Below are positions 25,830 through 39,388 of a stretch of DNA of 64,000 nucleotides, piece by piece. The stretch comes from Malacoraja senta (taxonomy: Eukaryota). The stretch spans positions 39,804,001-39,868,000 of the forward strand of contig CM075979.1 in the NCBI GenBank assembly GCA_038087875.1, read 5' to 3'. Both the position numbers and the translations under genes were made by a program. The first letter of the stretch is position 1, and each line of letters starts with the position of its first letter. The notes below the pieces were generated by a model. It had not been told where the DNA came from, did no database searches, and saw only the letters and a list, made by a program, of their open reading frames with translations.

Positions 25830-26200
25830 AGAGAAGCACGGGTCACACCCTGCCCACTCCCTCTTCTCCCTCTCCCATTGGGCAAAAGGTATAGAAGTGA
25901 AAATGCACACCTTCAGATTCAGGGACAGTTTCTTTCCAGCTGCTATCAGACAACTGAAACATTCCACCACAGCCAGAGAACAGTCCTGAATGACGATCCT
26001 CCTCATTGGTGACCCTTTGACTATCTTTGATTGGACTTTACTGGCTTTACCTTGCACTAAACGTTATTCCCTGATCATGTATCTGTACACTGTGAATGGT
26101 TCGAGTGTAATCATGTATTGTCTTTCCGCAAACTGATTAGGACACAACAAAAGCTTTTCACTTTACCTCGGTACACGTGATAATATACTGAACTGAACAA
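25830..26200 (+). mobile_element. Non-LTR retrotransposon 3' end (Rex1/Babar-like)
   Basis: FRDSFFPAAIRQL-like coding trace, (actga) tail. Confidence 0.45.
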
Positions 26201-26710
26201 GAAAAATTGGATATTTTAACAAGCCACATGTATTTGTGTGAGTGAACCAAGTAAGTGCACAGCAGCAAATGATCAGTACTGTGATTGCTTCGCTGGAAAC
26301 ACTAGGTTATGTACTGGTGTCAGTTTGGTGTCTGCGTCTCTATACCAGTTGGTCAAGGGGAGATGAGGCCAAAATCAGGGGTCTGGGCTAACTTGGGCTA
26401 GTAGCACATGAACAAGGAAGCCTGGGAACATCCTCACACATGGGAAGATTAGGAAGTGGCACATTGATAAGAGGCCTGCTTCCACTGCTCTGGAACATGT
26501 GTGGAAGACCTGTGAAAGACATAGACGTTTGTACCAACGTTCGTATAGTGATTTGTACAAATTCCCATGCTGAGCTTATACAGAGGTCTTTAACAAACGC
26601 ATTCAATGGACTGTGAATCAAGCCATGTAAAGGACTGGACTATCACTTCAATTGTACAATTTAATGATTGATTTATACAGTCACATGTTATGAACAAGTG
26701 AAACACTCAC

Positions 26711-26929
26711 CTGCAGATATTACTTGGCCGTTGACTTTGCAGAAACAGGTTGTTGAAGCTGTGGAACTGGGAGTTGTTGTCTGCACTGTTGTGGTTTCAG
26801 CTGTACTGTGCTCGGTGATTGGAGAGGTGTTTTCGCATTTTCTTGTATATGTCAACGTTTTGCAGCCCTCAGTGCACAGTGTGTAATTGCAGAGGCCCGA
26901 TTTATCTTCAGAACTCACAGAGGATTGCC
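26711..26929 (-). CDS. Divergent terminal copy (R0) of repeat exon (GQSSVSSEDKSGLCNYTLCTEGC...CFCKVNGQVISA)
   Basis: 219 nt, phase 1 to 1, same 6-Cys spacing as the array exons. Confidence 0.88.
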
Positions 26930-27974
26930 CTGCATGTCAAAGCAACAGGAATTATGCTTCATCAATGTGTTAGATGGATATAAAAATGAACAAAAGTCAT
27001 ATTTCAAGCAGAGAATACACTAGGAGTCACCACTCATTCTGCAGAAGCTACATCACCACTACATTGCCACTGATATTATTAATGCCACAATGTTTCTTCA
27101 GCCCATACACTAGTTAGCTACCCTGTGGATTTTGATGCTGTTTGCTGTCAAAATATATATAATATACAAAGATATATACAAATATGTATTGGGCAATTCC
27201 TTTGCAAAGCTTGTAGACTGCTGTTGAACTGTGTTTTCTTCATCAGGCAAGCTCTATGCAATGGGAAGAGTACATCACAAACTAGAAAGAGCAGTGGGTC
27301 ATTGGCAACATTGGATCCGCATCTCCACAGAACATGAGATGAAGGGCCAAGGAACTGCAGATTTTGGTTTACAAAAAAAGACTCAAAGTGTTGGAGTAAC
27401 TCAGCGGATCAGGCAGAATCTCTGGAGAAAATGGAAATGTGACACTTTGGGTCAGGACTCTTATTCAGATTGCTTGTGGTGGGTTTTGGAGATGCAGATG
27501 TGTAGGCAAAGGTCAGAACGTGCAAGAGAAAAGGATTGATGAGTTGCAAATCGTGAGGCTAGAGGAAGAAATGGAAGTGGAAGTGGAAGTGGTGGAGATA
27601 AGTGCAAGTCTAGATGAGGCACATGGGAGAGAGGGGGGGAAGAAAGGGGAGGGTGGGCAATGTGGTGGGGGGTGGGGGGTGGAGGAACTTATGTAGTTAC
27701 CTAAATTTGGAGAATTTTAATATGTGTTAGGTTGGTATTTGGCTACACTGTCATGAGTGTATCAGGTGTAAACCTTATTTTCTCTGTCTCCAGGTCAGGC
27801 AGCAGTTAAATCAGACGTCTATAACTTTTAAACCGAACATAGAACCAAAATGCTGGAGTAACTCAGCGGGTCAGGCAGCATCTCTGGAGACAAGGAATGG
27901 GTGAGGTTTTGGGTCAAGACCCTTCGTCAGACTCTCATGACTTTCATGTTCTGTATCCCTTCCTCTTCACTCCT

Positions 27975-28800
27975 TAGATACATAGAAATACATAGATACA
28001 TAGAAAATAGGTGCAGGAGTAGGCCATTCGGCCCTTCGAGCCTGCACCGCCATTCAATATGATCATGGCTGATCATCCAACTCAGTATCCCGTACCTGCC
28101 TTCTCTCCATACCCCCTGATCCCTTTAGCCACAAGGGCCACATCTAACTCCCTCTTAAATATGGCCAATGAACTGGCCTCAACTACCCTCTGTGGCAGAT
28201 GATGAGGATATTTATAGGCACCGTCATATGTTGTATGTACAAGCGAATATTCCCTTTCACAAGTTTGGTGCGTGTACAGATGTAGTGAAGATGTCTCTGT
28301 TCAGAGCATATTGTACACCACTCTGTACTGCACACGTGTGGTCAAACTACAGAAAAACAATTTTACAGAGACTTAAAGTAGCGAATAATGATGTCATGAG
28401 AATACTACTAAAGAAACCTACATGGTGTAGTGCAAGTCAAATGTTTTTGGCTGCAGGAGTCTGTACTTTACTAGGAATCCTAAGAAATCATATGTATCAA
28501 TTTATTTGCAGGATTAATGACTCTGAAAATGAAGTTATCTTGGTCTAATCAAACATACGGTTTAGCACTACATGCTACCAATCACAGCTGTGGACATTGG
28601 TATCGTTGTCTCGTTGTAGGACATGATCTTTCTTTTTATTCTGGATTTTAAATCATGTGTTGTGTTTTTGTATATAATTTATGATGCTCTTATAAGTAAT
28701 TCACTAAGCTTTTATATGTATTTGATGGTGTTTTTATATGCAATGTATTCTATGTAATGTCGTCTTTTATCTGGACCTTGAGTCTGAAACAAAAGTTTAA
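27975..28800. mobile_element. CR1 3' tail (minus, 27975-28200) abutting a non-LTR 3' fragment (plus, RTE-X-like)
   Basis: (catagaaa) tail repeats; VKMSLFRAYCTPL coding trace. Confidence 0.55.
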
Positions 28801-28846
28801 TTAGAAAATTAAAACAATTTAGGAATGAATTAATTGACAAACTTAC

Positions 28847-29059
28847 CAGGTAGCATTATTCGCCCGTCATTCTCACAGGTACATGTGGTAGTTCCTCTTG
28901 ACTTTGGTGTTACTGTCACTGTTGTAGCTGATGTTGTAGTTTCTGCTGGTCTGGTTGTAGTTTCACATCTTCCTGTGTATTTTAGAACTTTACAATCTTC
29001 AGTACACAGAGTAAAGTTACAGAGGCCTGATTTACCTGTAGACGTCACAGTTGCCTGAC
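28847..29059 (-). CDS. Repeat exon R1 (A type, ends CTCENDGRIMLP)
   Basis: 213 nt, phase 1 to 1, CAG/GTAAG sites intact. Confidence 0.85.
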
Positions 29060-29518
29060 CTGGTGGCAAAGAAAAGAAAATCAGGTTGTGTCCACCTGAA
29101 GGTGATGTAACTGGTGACTATCTTTATGTATTATGTTGAAGCTGAGTTATGTATTTCGGTTGGATAGAATTGTTGAGGAGGATTCCATATAATTTCAAAG
29201 AGTTTGTATCAAGAATCAACAGATATTGTAACAAGATGTTGCATGTTAGGGTCATTTCGGCCAAATATATCCTGTTGCTCAATGGTTGCAAGGAAGAAGG
29301 CACTTTGGAGCAATGAAGAACTTTGTCCATTTTAATTCAAACGCAAAAAAGTATGATAGCGAAGAGATGGTATAATTTTTGTTGGCATGTATAAGACAAT
29401 GCATCAGCTTCACAATCTGATGCATTTCTTGCAATCATCTGCACTTGGCAAGAGACTGAGGTAAACCTCTTGCTTTGAAATGTGACTAGAATAGCACTTT
29501 GATAACTGACACACTTAC

Positions 29519-29731
29519 CAGGTGACATTATATGTCCGTCAACATCACAGGAACAGATTGTAGTTCCTTTCGACGTTGGTGTTACTGTGACTGTTGTAGC
29601 TGATGTTGTGGTTTCTGCTGGTCTGGTTGTAGTTTCACATCTTCCTGTGTACTTCAGAATTTCACAATCCTCAGTACACAGAGTAAAGTTACAGAGGCCT
29701 GATTTACCTGTAGACGTCACAGTTGCCTGAC
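29519..29731 (-). CDS. Repeat exon R2 (B type, ends CSCDVDGHIMSP)
   Basis: 213 nt, phase 1 to 1, splice sites intact. Confidence 0.85.
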
Positions 29732-29850
29732 CTGGTGGAAAAACATTAAAATCAGGTTGTGTACACCTGAATATAATAAAACCATGAAATATCTTTATCT
29801 CTGCTAATTTGCAATGTGCATGGAAGAGGTCTATGATAATTGACACTTAC

Positions 29851-30063
29851 CAGGTAACATTTTTCGCCCGTCATTCTCACAGGTACATTGTGTAGTTCCT
29901 CTTGATGTTGGTGTGACTGTCACTGTTGTAGCTGTTGTTGTGGTTTCTGCTGGTCTGGTTGTAGTTTCACATCTTCCTGTGTACTTCAGAACTTCACAAT
30001 CCTCAGTACACAGAGTAAAGTTACAGAGGCCTGATTTACCTGCGGAAGTCACAGTTGCCTGAC
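29851..30063 (-). CDS. Repeat exon R3 (A type)
   Basis: 213 nt; only a 119-nt intron to R2. Confidence 0.85.
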
Positions 30064-30840
30064 CTGGTGGCAAAGAAAAGAAAATCAGGTTGTGTCCACT
30101 TGAAGGTGATGGAACTGATGACTATCTTTCTGTTTGATGTTGAAGCTGAGTTATGTATTTCGGTTGTGCAGAATTGTTGCGGAGGCTTTGTTATAATTTC
30201 AAAGAGTTTGCATCCAGTCTCAAGAAATTCTCAACCACATCTGAGCAAAGATCAGTGCGTGATTTCATATCGTAGCTTGTGGCTGGCAGACCTTGTAAAA
30301 GGAAATTACAGAGAAAATGTAAAAGCTCAATACAGAAAGCAGCAGAAGAGTGAGCAACAATTGCATTAAGGTTGCTCTGTTGCTTAGTTCATTTTTGGGC
30401 AGAAATAACTTTTTTCATGGGAGGCATGATCTGGCCCATAACACAAAACGTAGGGTCGGGTGGACGACAACATTTCCTGTATAAAAGTGTAGGTCCACAA
30501 TCGTAAATAAACCTCTATGATCAATGTTGCTGCCAATCGCAATGTAGGGGTGTTGAATTATATCGTAACAAGATGTTGCATTTTAGGATCATTTGCACCA
30601 AATATATCATGTAGCTCAATGGTTGCAAGGTCACATTGGAGCAACGAAAAACTTTGACCCAAACAGAAAAATCATTTCAAGAAATAAGATGCTATAATTT
30701 CTATTAACATGTATAGGATAATGCGTTCGCTTCGTAATCTGATGCATTTCTTGCAGTCATCTACACAAAGCTAAAGACCGAGGTAAACTTCTTACTTTGA
30801 AATGTGACTGGAAGAGCACTTTGATAATTGACACACTTAC

Positions 30841-31059
30841 CAGGTGACATTATATGTCCGTCAGCATCACAGGAACAGATGGTAGTTCCTTTTGACTTTG
30901 GTGTGACTGTCACTGTCACTGTTGTAGCTGATGTTGTGGTTTCTGCTGGTCTGGTTGTAGTTTCACATCTTCCAGTGTATTTCAGAACTTCACAATCCTC
31001 AGTACACAGAGTAAAGTTACAGAGGCCTGATTTACCTGCAGAAATCACCGTTGCCTGAC
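30841..31059 (-). CDS. Repeat exon R4 (B type, in-frame +VT)
   Basis: 219 nt, phase 1 to 1. Confidence 0.85.
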
Positions 31060-31878
31060 CTGGAGGCAAAATAATGAAAATCAGGGTGTGTGAACCTGAA
31101 TGTAATAAAACCATGAAATATCTTTATCTCCGCTAATGAAGCTTGTTCATATCCATCATTTGAGAAATAAGTTTTAAATTTGTGAATATTATTTATCAGA
31201 CTGCGTCAAGAATCGGGATGTTCTGAACATCATCCGGTAAACACCAGGGTCTGGTTGTGAAGCATAACATTTTGGCAAAGCTGCTTGCTGCTGACAGGCT
31301 GTGTAAAGGAATGGTGGAGTGAATGTACAAGTACAATACTGGAACCAGAAGACAATAGCGCGACAATTGCAAAATGGATACTCAGTTGCATGATTCATTA
31401 TCGCGAGAAATGGCAATGTCTCCAGAAGGTGCGTGGTCAGGCATGTACAATTGACCTTGCGGATGGGTGGACATAACTTTACCCAAGGAAAATCAAGTGT
31501 GTATTTATTTGCCATCCATTGCCAATCAATGCTGCTGCCAATTTCATCTTTGGGATTATGGATTACATCACAACCTGATGTTGCTGCTGAGGACCACTTG
31601 AAACAATTTTATCCTGGAGCTCAACAGTTGCAAGCAAGAAGCTTCTGGTAACAGTTGGAGGAATTAAGAACTTCAAATTAAAATTCATCATACAGAAAAA
31701 AAATGTAGAATAGAAATAACTTAGCACAATCTATCATCTGGTTGACAAATGGATTGGAGCAACAACTTCAAAATATGAGGTACTTTTAGAATACAGCTGC
31801 AGACAGCAAGAGTCATTGCACAAAATCTTTGTCTTTGTAATGTGAATAGAAGATCTCTGTGATAATTGACACACTTAC

Positions 31879-32091
31879 CAGGTAACATTATTCGCCCGTC
31901 ATTCTCACAGGTACATGTGGTAGTTCCTCTTGACGTTGGTGTTACTGTCACTGTTGCAGCTGCTGTTGTAGTTTCTGCTGGTCTGGTTGTACTTTCACAT
32001 CTTCCTGTGTACTTCATAACTTTACAATCTTCAGTACACAGAATAAAGTTACAGAGGCCTGATTTACCTGTAGACGTCACAGTTGCCTGAC
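31879..32091 (-). CDS. Repeat exon R5 (A type)
   Basis: 213 nt, splice sites intact. Confidence 0.85.
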
Positions 32092-32872
32092 CTGGAGACA
32101 AAACATTAAAATCAGGTTGTGTACACCTGAAGGTGATGTAACTGATAAATATCTTTATGTATGATGTTGAATATGAATATTTCAGTTGTGCAGAATTGTT
32201 GAGGAGGCTCTAATGTAATTTCAATGTGTTTGTCTCAAGAATCAATAAATTCTGTCCCTCCCCTGAAAAATACCAGTGTGTGTTTTCATATCGTAGCTTG
32301 TGGTTGGCAGGCCTTGCAAAATGGCATTGCCGATAGAATGGAAAAACTCAACACAGAATCCAGCAGAAGAGTTAACGGGAATTACAGTAAGGTTGCTTAG
32401 TTGCATCGTGTATTTTTGTGAAGAAATATCATTTTCAGCAGGGCATGATCAGGCCCATAACACAGCCATGGGATCGGGTGGACCACAGAATTTCTAGTAC
32501 AGATGTGGAGGTTCGGAATTGTGTACAAACCTCTACTGATCAATTCTGCTGCTAATCTCAATGTAGGGATGTTGAACTGTATCGTAATATGATGTTGAAT
32601 TTAAGGAGCATTTGAACCAAATATATCCTGTAGCTCTATGGTTGCAAGGAAGAAGGTCGCATTGGAGCTATGAAAAACTTTGATCTCATTAACTCAAACG
32701 GAAATTCATTGAAAGCAATAAGTTGCGATAATTTTTGTTGACGTATAGTATAATGCATCAGCTTCATAATCTGATGCATTTCTTGCAATCATCTGCACAA
32801 AGCTAAAGACTGAGGTAAACCTCTGACTTTGAAATGTGAATAGAAGAGCACTTTGATTACTGACACACTTAC

Positions 32873-33085
32873 CTGGTGACATTATATGTCCGTCAACATC
32901 ACATGAACAGATTGTAGTTCCTTTTGACGTTGGTGTTACTGTCACTATTGTAGTTGATGTTGTGGTTTCTGCTGGTCTGGTCGTAGTTTCACATCTTCCT
33001 GTGTACTTCAGAACTTCACAATCCTCAGTACATAGAGTAAAGTTACAGAGGCCTGATTTACCTGCAGAAGTCACAGTTGCCTGAC
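32873..33085 (-). CDS. Repeat exon R6 (B type)
   Basis: 213 nt, splice sites intact. Confidence 0.85.
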
Positions 33086-33729
33086 CTGGAAGCAAAGAGA
33101 AAAAAAAATCAGATTGTGTCCACCTGAAGGTGATGTAACTGGTGACTATCTTTATGTATGATGTTGAAGCTGGTTCATGTCTATCACTTGGGAAATAAGT
33201 TTGAAATATGCAAATATTATTTTGCCGACTGCATCAAGGATCAGGATGTTCTGAACCAAATCTGAGCAAACAGCATTGTCTGCGTTTTTGGAGCTGGTTG
33301 GCAGCGATTCTTCTAGGTCTGTCAATAATGCAAACAAACACAATCTTTTTCAACTGGGATGAATGGATACAAAAAATGGGAATCAGATTTCCTTGATGGT
33401 GTTTGACATTGGTAGCTTTTGGACATTGGTGCTTTCAGGGAACTGCTTGACTCATCATTTCCAGACATTTCCCAGATATAGTGATGGCTCCTTAAGGACT
33501 CATGTGTAACTTAACATCAGTTCTCCAAATTCTCTTTCCAGACTCTTTAAGTTTCACAATATTCCAAGATTCTTCTGAGATTTGGAACAACACCAAAAGC
33601 CACCATGTAGACATACACACACTAGGAGCAGGAACTGCCTCTCAAATCCAAGCCAATAGAGTCATAGTGTTATACAGCATTGAAACTCATCCAAACTAAC
33701 CAAATTACCTAATTGAATGTCCCATTTAC

Positions 33730-33818
33730 CTGTGTTTGACCCATAATCATTTGAACCTTAGTAAACAGAGTAATGTTACACAGCCCTGATTTACCGACGG
33801 ACATCAACATTGCCTGAC
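33730..33818 (-). pseudogene. Half-exon H1 (truncated repeat exon; acceptor CAG changed to CAA)
   Basis: First ~60 nt of a repeat exon fused to intron sequence. Confidence 0.8.
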
Positions 33819-33877
33819 TTGGAGGCAAAGTAAAGAAAATCAGGGTTTGTGAACCTGCATGTTATATCTTTATCTCT

Positions 33878-34324
33878 CGCTCAAAAAGTGGATTGCAAGC
33901 ATGTTGGATACCGCACATCTTGAGGAAATGCGATTCCTCCTAATAGATAAATCAGACCAATTCCTAACGAGTTGGTCCCTATTTGTCGTCTTTTTGGAAT
34001 CATATGGTGCAACACAATTGTAAAAGCTGATTGTCTCGGGACTGGGCGAGGGATGGTCAAGAGTATAAATAATGATCTCCTTACTTTTCTTTTCTTTAAC
34101 TTTCTTCTTTCATTCTTTTTTCTACTATTTCACACACTATATATCTCACGTTTTTCTATACTTTATTATCTAATTTCTTTTTCTTATTCTTCTTTATTAT
34201 AATAAAAAAATAAGAAGCTGTACATAAAATGTATTATGAAAATATATATTAGGCACTTTGGTGCCATACGATTGTACTTAATTCTAATAAAATAAAAAAA
34301 TAAAAAAATTTTAATTAAAAAAAA
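33878..34324 (+). mobile_element. Short 5'-truncated L1 3' end with 12-bp TSD ATCTTTATCTCT
   Basis: Encodes MLDTAHLEEMRFLL.. like the ORF2 C-terminus at 53450; A-rich tail; TSD at 33866-33877 and 34325-34336. Confidence 0.85.
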
Positions 34325-34826
34325 ATCTTTATCTCTGCTGATGACCCTGGTTCATGCATTTCACTTAGTAAGTATGTTTGAAATATGAGAATATTATTTC
34401 GCAGAATGCGTCAAGGATCGGGACGTTCTGAACCACATCTGTGCAAGCACCATGGTCTGGTTGTGAAGCATAACATTTTGGCAAAGCTGGTTGCTGCTGA
34501 CAGGCTGTGTAAAAGGGAATTGTAGAGTGAATGTAAAAGCACAATACAGGAATCAGCAGACGATTACTTGACAACTGCAGAACGGATACTCAGTTGCATG
34601 AATCATTATTGCGAGGAGATGGCAATGTCTCCTGAAGGTGCGTGATCAGGCGTGTATAATTAAACTTGGAAATGGGTGGACATACGTTTACCCAATGAAA
34701 AGCAAGGGTGTGATTATTTGCCATCCATTACCAATCAATGCTGCTGCCATTTTCAGCCCTGGGATTATGGATTTCTTTGTCTTTTCAATGTGAATGGAAG
34801 AGCTCTGTGATAATTGACACACTTAC

Positions 34827-35039
34827 CAGGTAACATTATTCGCCCGTCATTCTCACAGGTACATGTGGTAGTTCCTCTTGACGTTGGTGTTACTGTCACT
34901 GTTGTAGCTACTGTTGTAGTTTCTGCTGGTCTGGTTGTACTTTCACATTTTCCTGTGTACTTCATAACTTTACAATCTTCAGTACACAGAATGAAGTTAC
35001 AGAGGCCTGATTTACCTGTAGACGTCACAGTTGCCTGAC
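34827..35039 (-). CDS. Repeat exon R7 (A type)
   Basis: 213 nt, splice sites intact. Confidence 0.85.
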
Positions 35040-35675
35040 CTGGAGGCAAAGAAAAGAAATTCAGATTGTAATTTCAAAGTGTTTGCATCAAGAATCAAGA
35101 AATGATGTACCTCCTTTGATCAAACACAGTGCGTGATTTCATATCGTAGCTTGTGGCTGGCAGGCCTTGTAAAAGGGAATTGCGGAGAGAATATAATACA
35201 GAAATCAGCAGAAGAGTGAGTGGCAATTGCAGTAAGGTTGCTCAGGTGCGTAGTTCATTTTTGGGCAGAAATAACTTTTTCACGGGAGGCATGATCTGGC
35301 CCATAACAGAAATCATGGGCGGTCCACAACATTTCCAGTATAAAAGTGTAGGTCCACATTGTGAGCAAACCTCTCTGATCAATGCTGCTGTCAAGCATAA
35401 TGTAGGGGTGTTGAACTTTATCGTAACATGATGTTGCATTTAAGGAGCATTTGAATCAAATATATCCTGTTGCTCAGTGGTTGGAGGAAGAAGCCTCCGG
35501 TGATTTTAAACTATTAAGAGCTTCAACCACATTAACTCAAATGGAAAAAATAAGAATGCAAAAAGATTCTATAATTTATGTTGACATGTTTAGAACTGTG
35601 CATCAACTTCATAATTGGATGCATTTCTTGCTAACATCTGCACTTAGCAAGAGACAGATGTAGGTTCCATAGATG

Positions 35676-35885
35676 TGTTAAAGAAGGAACTGCAGATGCT
35701 GGAAAATCGAAGGTACACAAAAATGCTGGAGAAACTCAGCGGGTGCAGCAGCATCTATGGAGCGAAGGAAATAGGTAACGTTTCGGGCCGAAACCCAAGG
35801 GTTTCGGCCCGAAACGTTACCTATTTCCTTCGCTCCATAGATGCTGCTGCACCCGCTGAGTTTCTCCAGCATTTTTGTGTACCTT
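35676..35885. mobile_element. Penelope-derived 210-bp insertion with a perfect 87-bp inverted repeat and 14-bp TSD
   Basis: Arms 35710-35796 and 35799-35885; TSD AGGTTCCATAGATG; arms match Penelope-terminal repeats elsewhere (e.g. 24175-24290). Confidence 0.8.
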
Positions 35886-36007
35886 AGGTTCCATAGATGC
35901 TGCTTCACCCGCTGAGTCTCACCAGCATTTTTGTCTACCCAAGAGACACCCGTAAAGCTCTTTCTTTGGAATGAGAACAGAAGAGCACTGATTACTGACA
36001 CACTTAC

Positions 36008-36220
36008 CTGGTGACATTATATGTCCGTCAACATCACATGAACAGATTGTAGTTCCTTTTGACGTTGGTGTTACTGTCACTGTTGTAGCTGATGTTGTGG
36101 TTTCTGCTGGTCTGGTTGTAGTTTCACATCTTCCTGTGTACTTCAGAACTTCACAATCCTCAGTACACAGAGTAAAGTTACAGAGGCCTGATTTACCTGC
36201 AGAAGTCACAGTTGCCTGAC
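36008..36220 (-). CDS. Repeat exon R8 (B type)
   Basis: 213 nt, splice sites intact. Confidence 0.85.
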
Positions 36221-36855
36221 CTGGAGGCAAAGAAAAAAAAATCAGGTTGTATACACGTCAAGGTGATGCAACTGATGACTATCTTTATGTATGATGTTGA
36301 AGCTGGTTCTTGTCTTTCACTTGGGAAATAAGTTTGAAATATGTGAATATTATTTTGTTGTCTGCATCAAGGATCAGGATGTTCTGAACCAAATCTGAGC
36401 AAACAGCATTGTCTGCGTTTTTGGAGCTGGTTGGCAGCGGTTCTTCTAGCTCTGTCATTAATGCAAACAAACACATTTTTTTTCCAACTGGGATGAATGG
36501 ATACAAAAAATGGGAATCAGTTTTCCTTGATGGTGTTTGACATTGGTAGCTTTTGGACATCAGTGCTTTCAGGGACTCATCATTTCCAGACATTTCCCAG
36601 ATATAGTGATGGCTCCTTAAGGACTCATGTGTAGCTTAACATCAGTTCTCCAAATTCTCTTTCCAGACTCTTTAAGTTTCACAATATTCCAAGATTCATT
36701 CTGAGATTTGGAACAACACCAACAGCCACCATGTAGACATACACACACTCGGAGCAGGAACTGCCTCTCAAATCCAATCCACCAGAGTCATAGTGTAGTG
36801 CAGCATTGAAACTCATCCAAGCTAACCAAATTACCTAATTGAATGTCCCATTTAC

Positions 36856-36944
36856 CTGTGTTTGGCCCATAATCATTTGAACCTTAGTACACAGAGTAAA
36901 GTTACACAGCCCTGATTTAACGGCAGAAATCACCATTGCCTGAC
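36856..36944 (-). pseudogene. Half-exon H2 (acceptor intact)
   Basis: CAG|GTCAGGCAATGG...ACTAAG...CAG|GTAAAT. Confidence 0.8.
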
Positions 36945-37493
36945 CTGGAGACAAAGTAAAGAAAATCAGGGTTTGTGAACTTGCATGTTATATCTTTATC
37001 TCTGCTGATGACCCTGGTTCATGCATTTCACTTAGTAAGTAAGTTTGAAATATGAGAATATTATTTTGCAGAATGCATCAAGGATCGGGACGTTCTGAAC
37101 CACATCTGTGCAAGCACCATGGTCTGGTTGTGAAGCATAACATTTTGGCAAAGCCGGTTGCTGCTGACAGGCTGTGTAAAAGGGAATTGTAGAGTGGATG
37201 TAAAAGCACAATACAGGAATCAGCAGACGATTACTTGACAACTGCAGAACGGATACTCAGTTGCATGATTCATTATTGCGAGGAGATGGCTATGTCTCCT
37301 GAAGGTGCGTGATCAGGCGTGTACAATTAACCTTGGAAATGGGTGGAGATACGTTTTCCCAATGAAAAGCAAGGGTGTGATTATTTGCCATCCATTACCA
37401 ATCAATGCTGCTGCCATTTTCAGCTTAGGGATTATGGAATTCTTTGTCTTTTCAATGTGAATGGAAGAGCTCTGTGATAATTGACACACTTAC

Positions 37494-37706
37494 CAGGTAA
37501 CATTATTCGCCCGTCATTCTCACAGGTACATGTGGTAGTTCCTCTTGACATTGGTGTTACTGTCACTGTTGTAGCTGATGTTGTAGTTTCTGCTGGTCTG
37601 GTTGTACTTTCACATCTTCCTGTGTACTTCATAACTTTACAATCTTCAGTACACAGAATAAAGTTACAGAGGCCTGATTTACCTGTAGACGTCACAGTTG
37701 CCTGAC
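37494..37706 (-). CDS. Repeat exon R9 (A type)
   Basis: 213 nt, splice sites intact. Confidence 0.85.
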
Positions 37707-38453
37707 CTGGAGGCAAAGAAAAGAAAATCAGGTTGTAATTTCAAAGTGTTTGCATCAAGAATCAAGAAATGATGTACCTCCCTTGATCAAACACAGTGCG
37801 TGATTTCATATCGTAGCTTGTGGCTGGCAGGCCTTGTAAAAGGGAATTGCGGAGAGAATATAATACAGAAATCAGCAGAAGAGTGAGCGGCAATTGCATT
37901 AAGGTTGCTCAGTTGCGTAGTTCATTTTTGGGCAGAAATAACTTTTTTCACGGGAGGCATGATCTGGCCCATAACAGAAACCATGGGCGGACCACAATAT
38001 TTCCAGTATAAAAGTGTAGGTCCACATTGTGAGCAAACCTCTCTGATCAATGCTGCTGTCAAGCACAATGTAGGGGTGTTGAACTTTATCGTAACAAGAT
38101 GTTGCATTTAAGGAGCATTTGATTCAAATATATCCTGTTGCTCAGTGGTTGGAGGAAGAAGCCTCCGGTGATTTTAAACTATTAAAAGCTTCAACCACAT
38201 TAACTCAAATGGAAAAAATAAGAATGCAAAAAGATTCTATAATTTATGTTGACATGTTTAGAACTGTGCATCAACTTCATAATTGGATGCATTTCTTGCT
38301 ATCATCTGCACTTAGCAAGAGACAGATGTAGGTTCCATAGATGCTGCCTCACCCGCTGAGTCTCACCAGCATTTTTGTCTACCCAAGAGACAGCTGTAAA
38401 GCTCTTTCTTTGGAATGTGAACAGAAGAGCACTTTGATTACTGACACACTTAC

Positions 38454-38666
38454 CTGGTGACATTATATGTCCGTCAACATCACATGAACAGATTGTAGTT
38501 CCTTTTGACGTTGGTGTTACTGTCACTGTTGTAGCTGATGTTGTGGTTTCTGCTGGTCTGGTTGTAGTTTCACATCTTCCTGTGTACTTCAGAACTTCAC
38601 AATCCTCAGTACACAGAGTAAAGTTACAGAGGCCTGATTTACCTGCAGAAGTCACAGTTGCCTGAC
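38454..38666 (-). CDS. Repeat exon R10 (B type)
   Basis: 213 nt, splice sites intact. Confidence 0.85.
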
Positions 38667-39299
38667 CTGGAGGCAAAGAAAAAAAATCAGGTTGTGTACA
38701 CGTCAAGGTGATGCAACTGATGACTATCTTTATGTATGATGTTGAAGCTGGTTCTTGTCTTTCACTTGGGAAATAAGTTTGAAATATGTGAATATAATTT
38801 TGCTGTCTGCATCAAGGATCAGGATGTTCTGAACCAAATCTGAGCAAACAGCATTGTCTGCGTTTTTGGAGCTGGTTGGCAGCAGTTCTTCCAGCTCTGT
38901 CATTAATGCAAACAAACACACTTTTTTTCAACTGGGATGAATGGATACAAAAAATGAAAATCAGTTTTCCTTGATTGTGTTTGACATTGGTAGCTTTTGG
39001 ACATCAGTGCTTTCAGGGACTCCTCATTTCCAGACTATTCCCAGATATACTGATGGCTCCTTAAGGATTCATGTGTAACTTAACATCAGTTCTCCAAATT
39101 CTCTTTACAAACTCTTTAAGTTTCACAATATTCCAAGATTCATTCTGAGATTTGGAACAACACCAACAGCCACCATGTAGACATACACACACTAGGTGCA
39201 GGAACTGCCTCTCAAATCCAATCCACCAGAGTCATAGTGATATACAGCATTGAAACTCATCCAAGCTAACCAAATTACCTAATTGAATGTCCCATTTAC

Positions 39300-39388
39300 C
39301 TGTGTTTGGCCCATAATCATTTGAACCTTAGTACACAGAGTAAAGTTACACAGCCCTGATTTACCGGCAGAAATCACCATTGCCTGAC
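39300..39388 (-). pseudogene. Half-exon H3 (acceptor intact)
   Basis: Same structure as H2. Confidence 0.8.
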
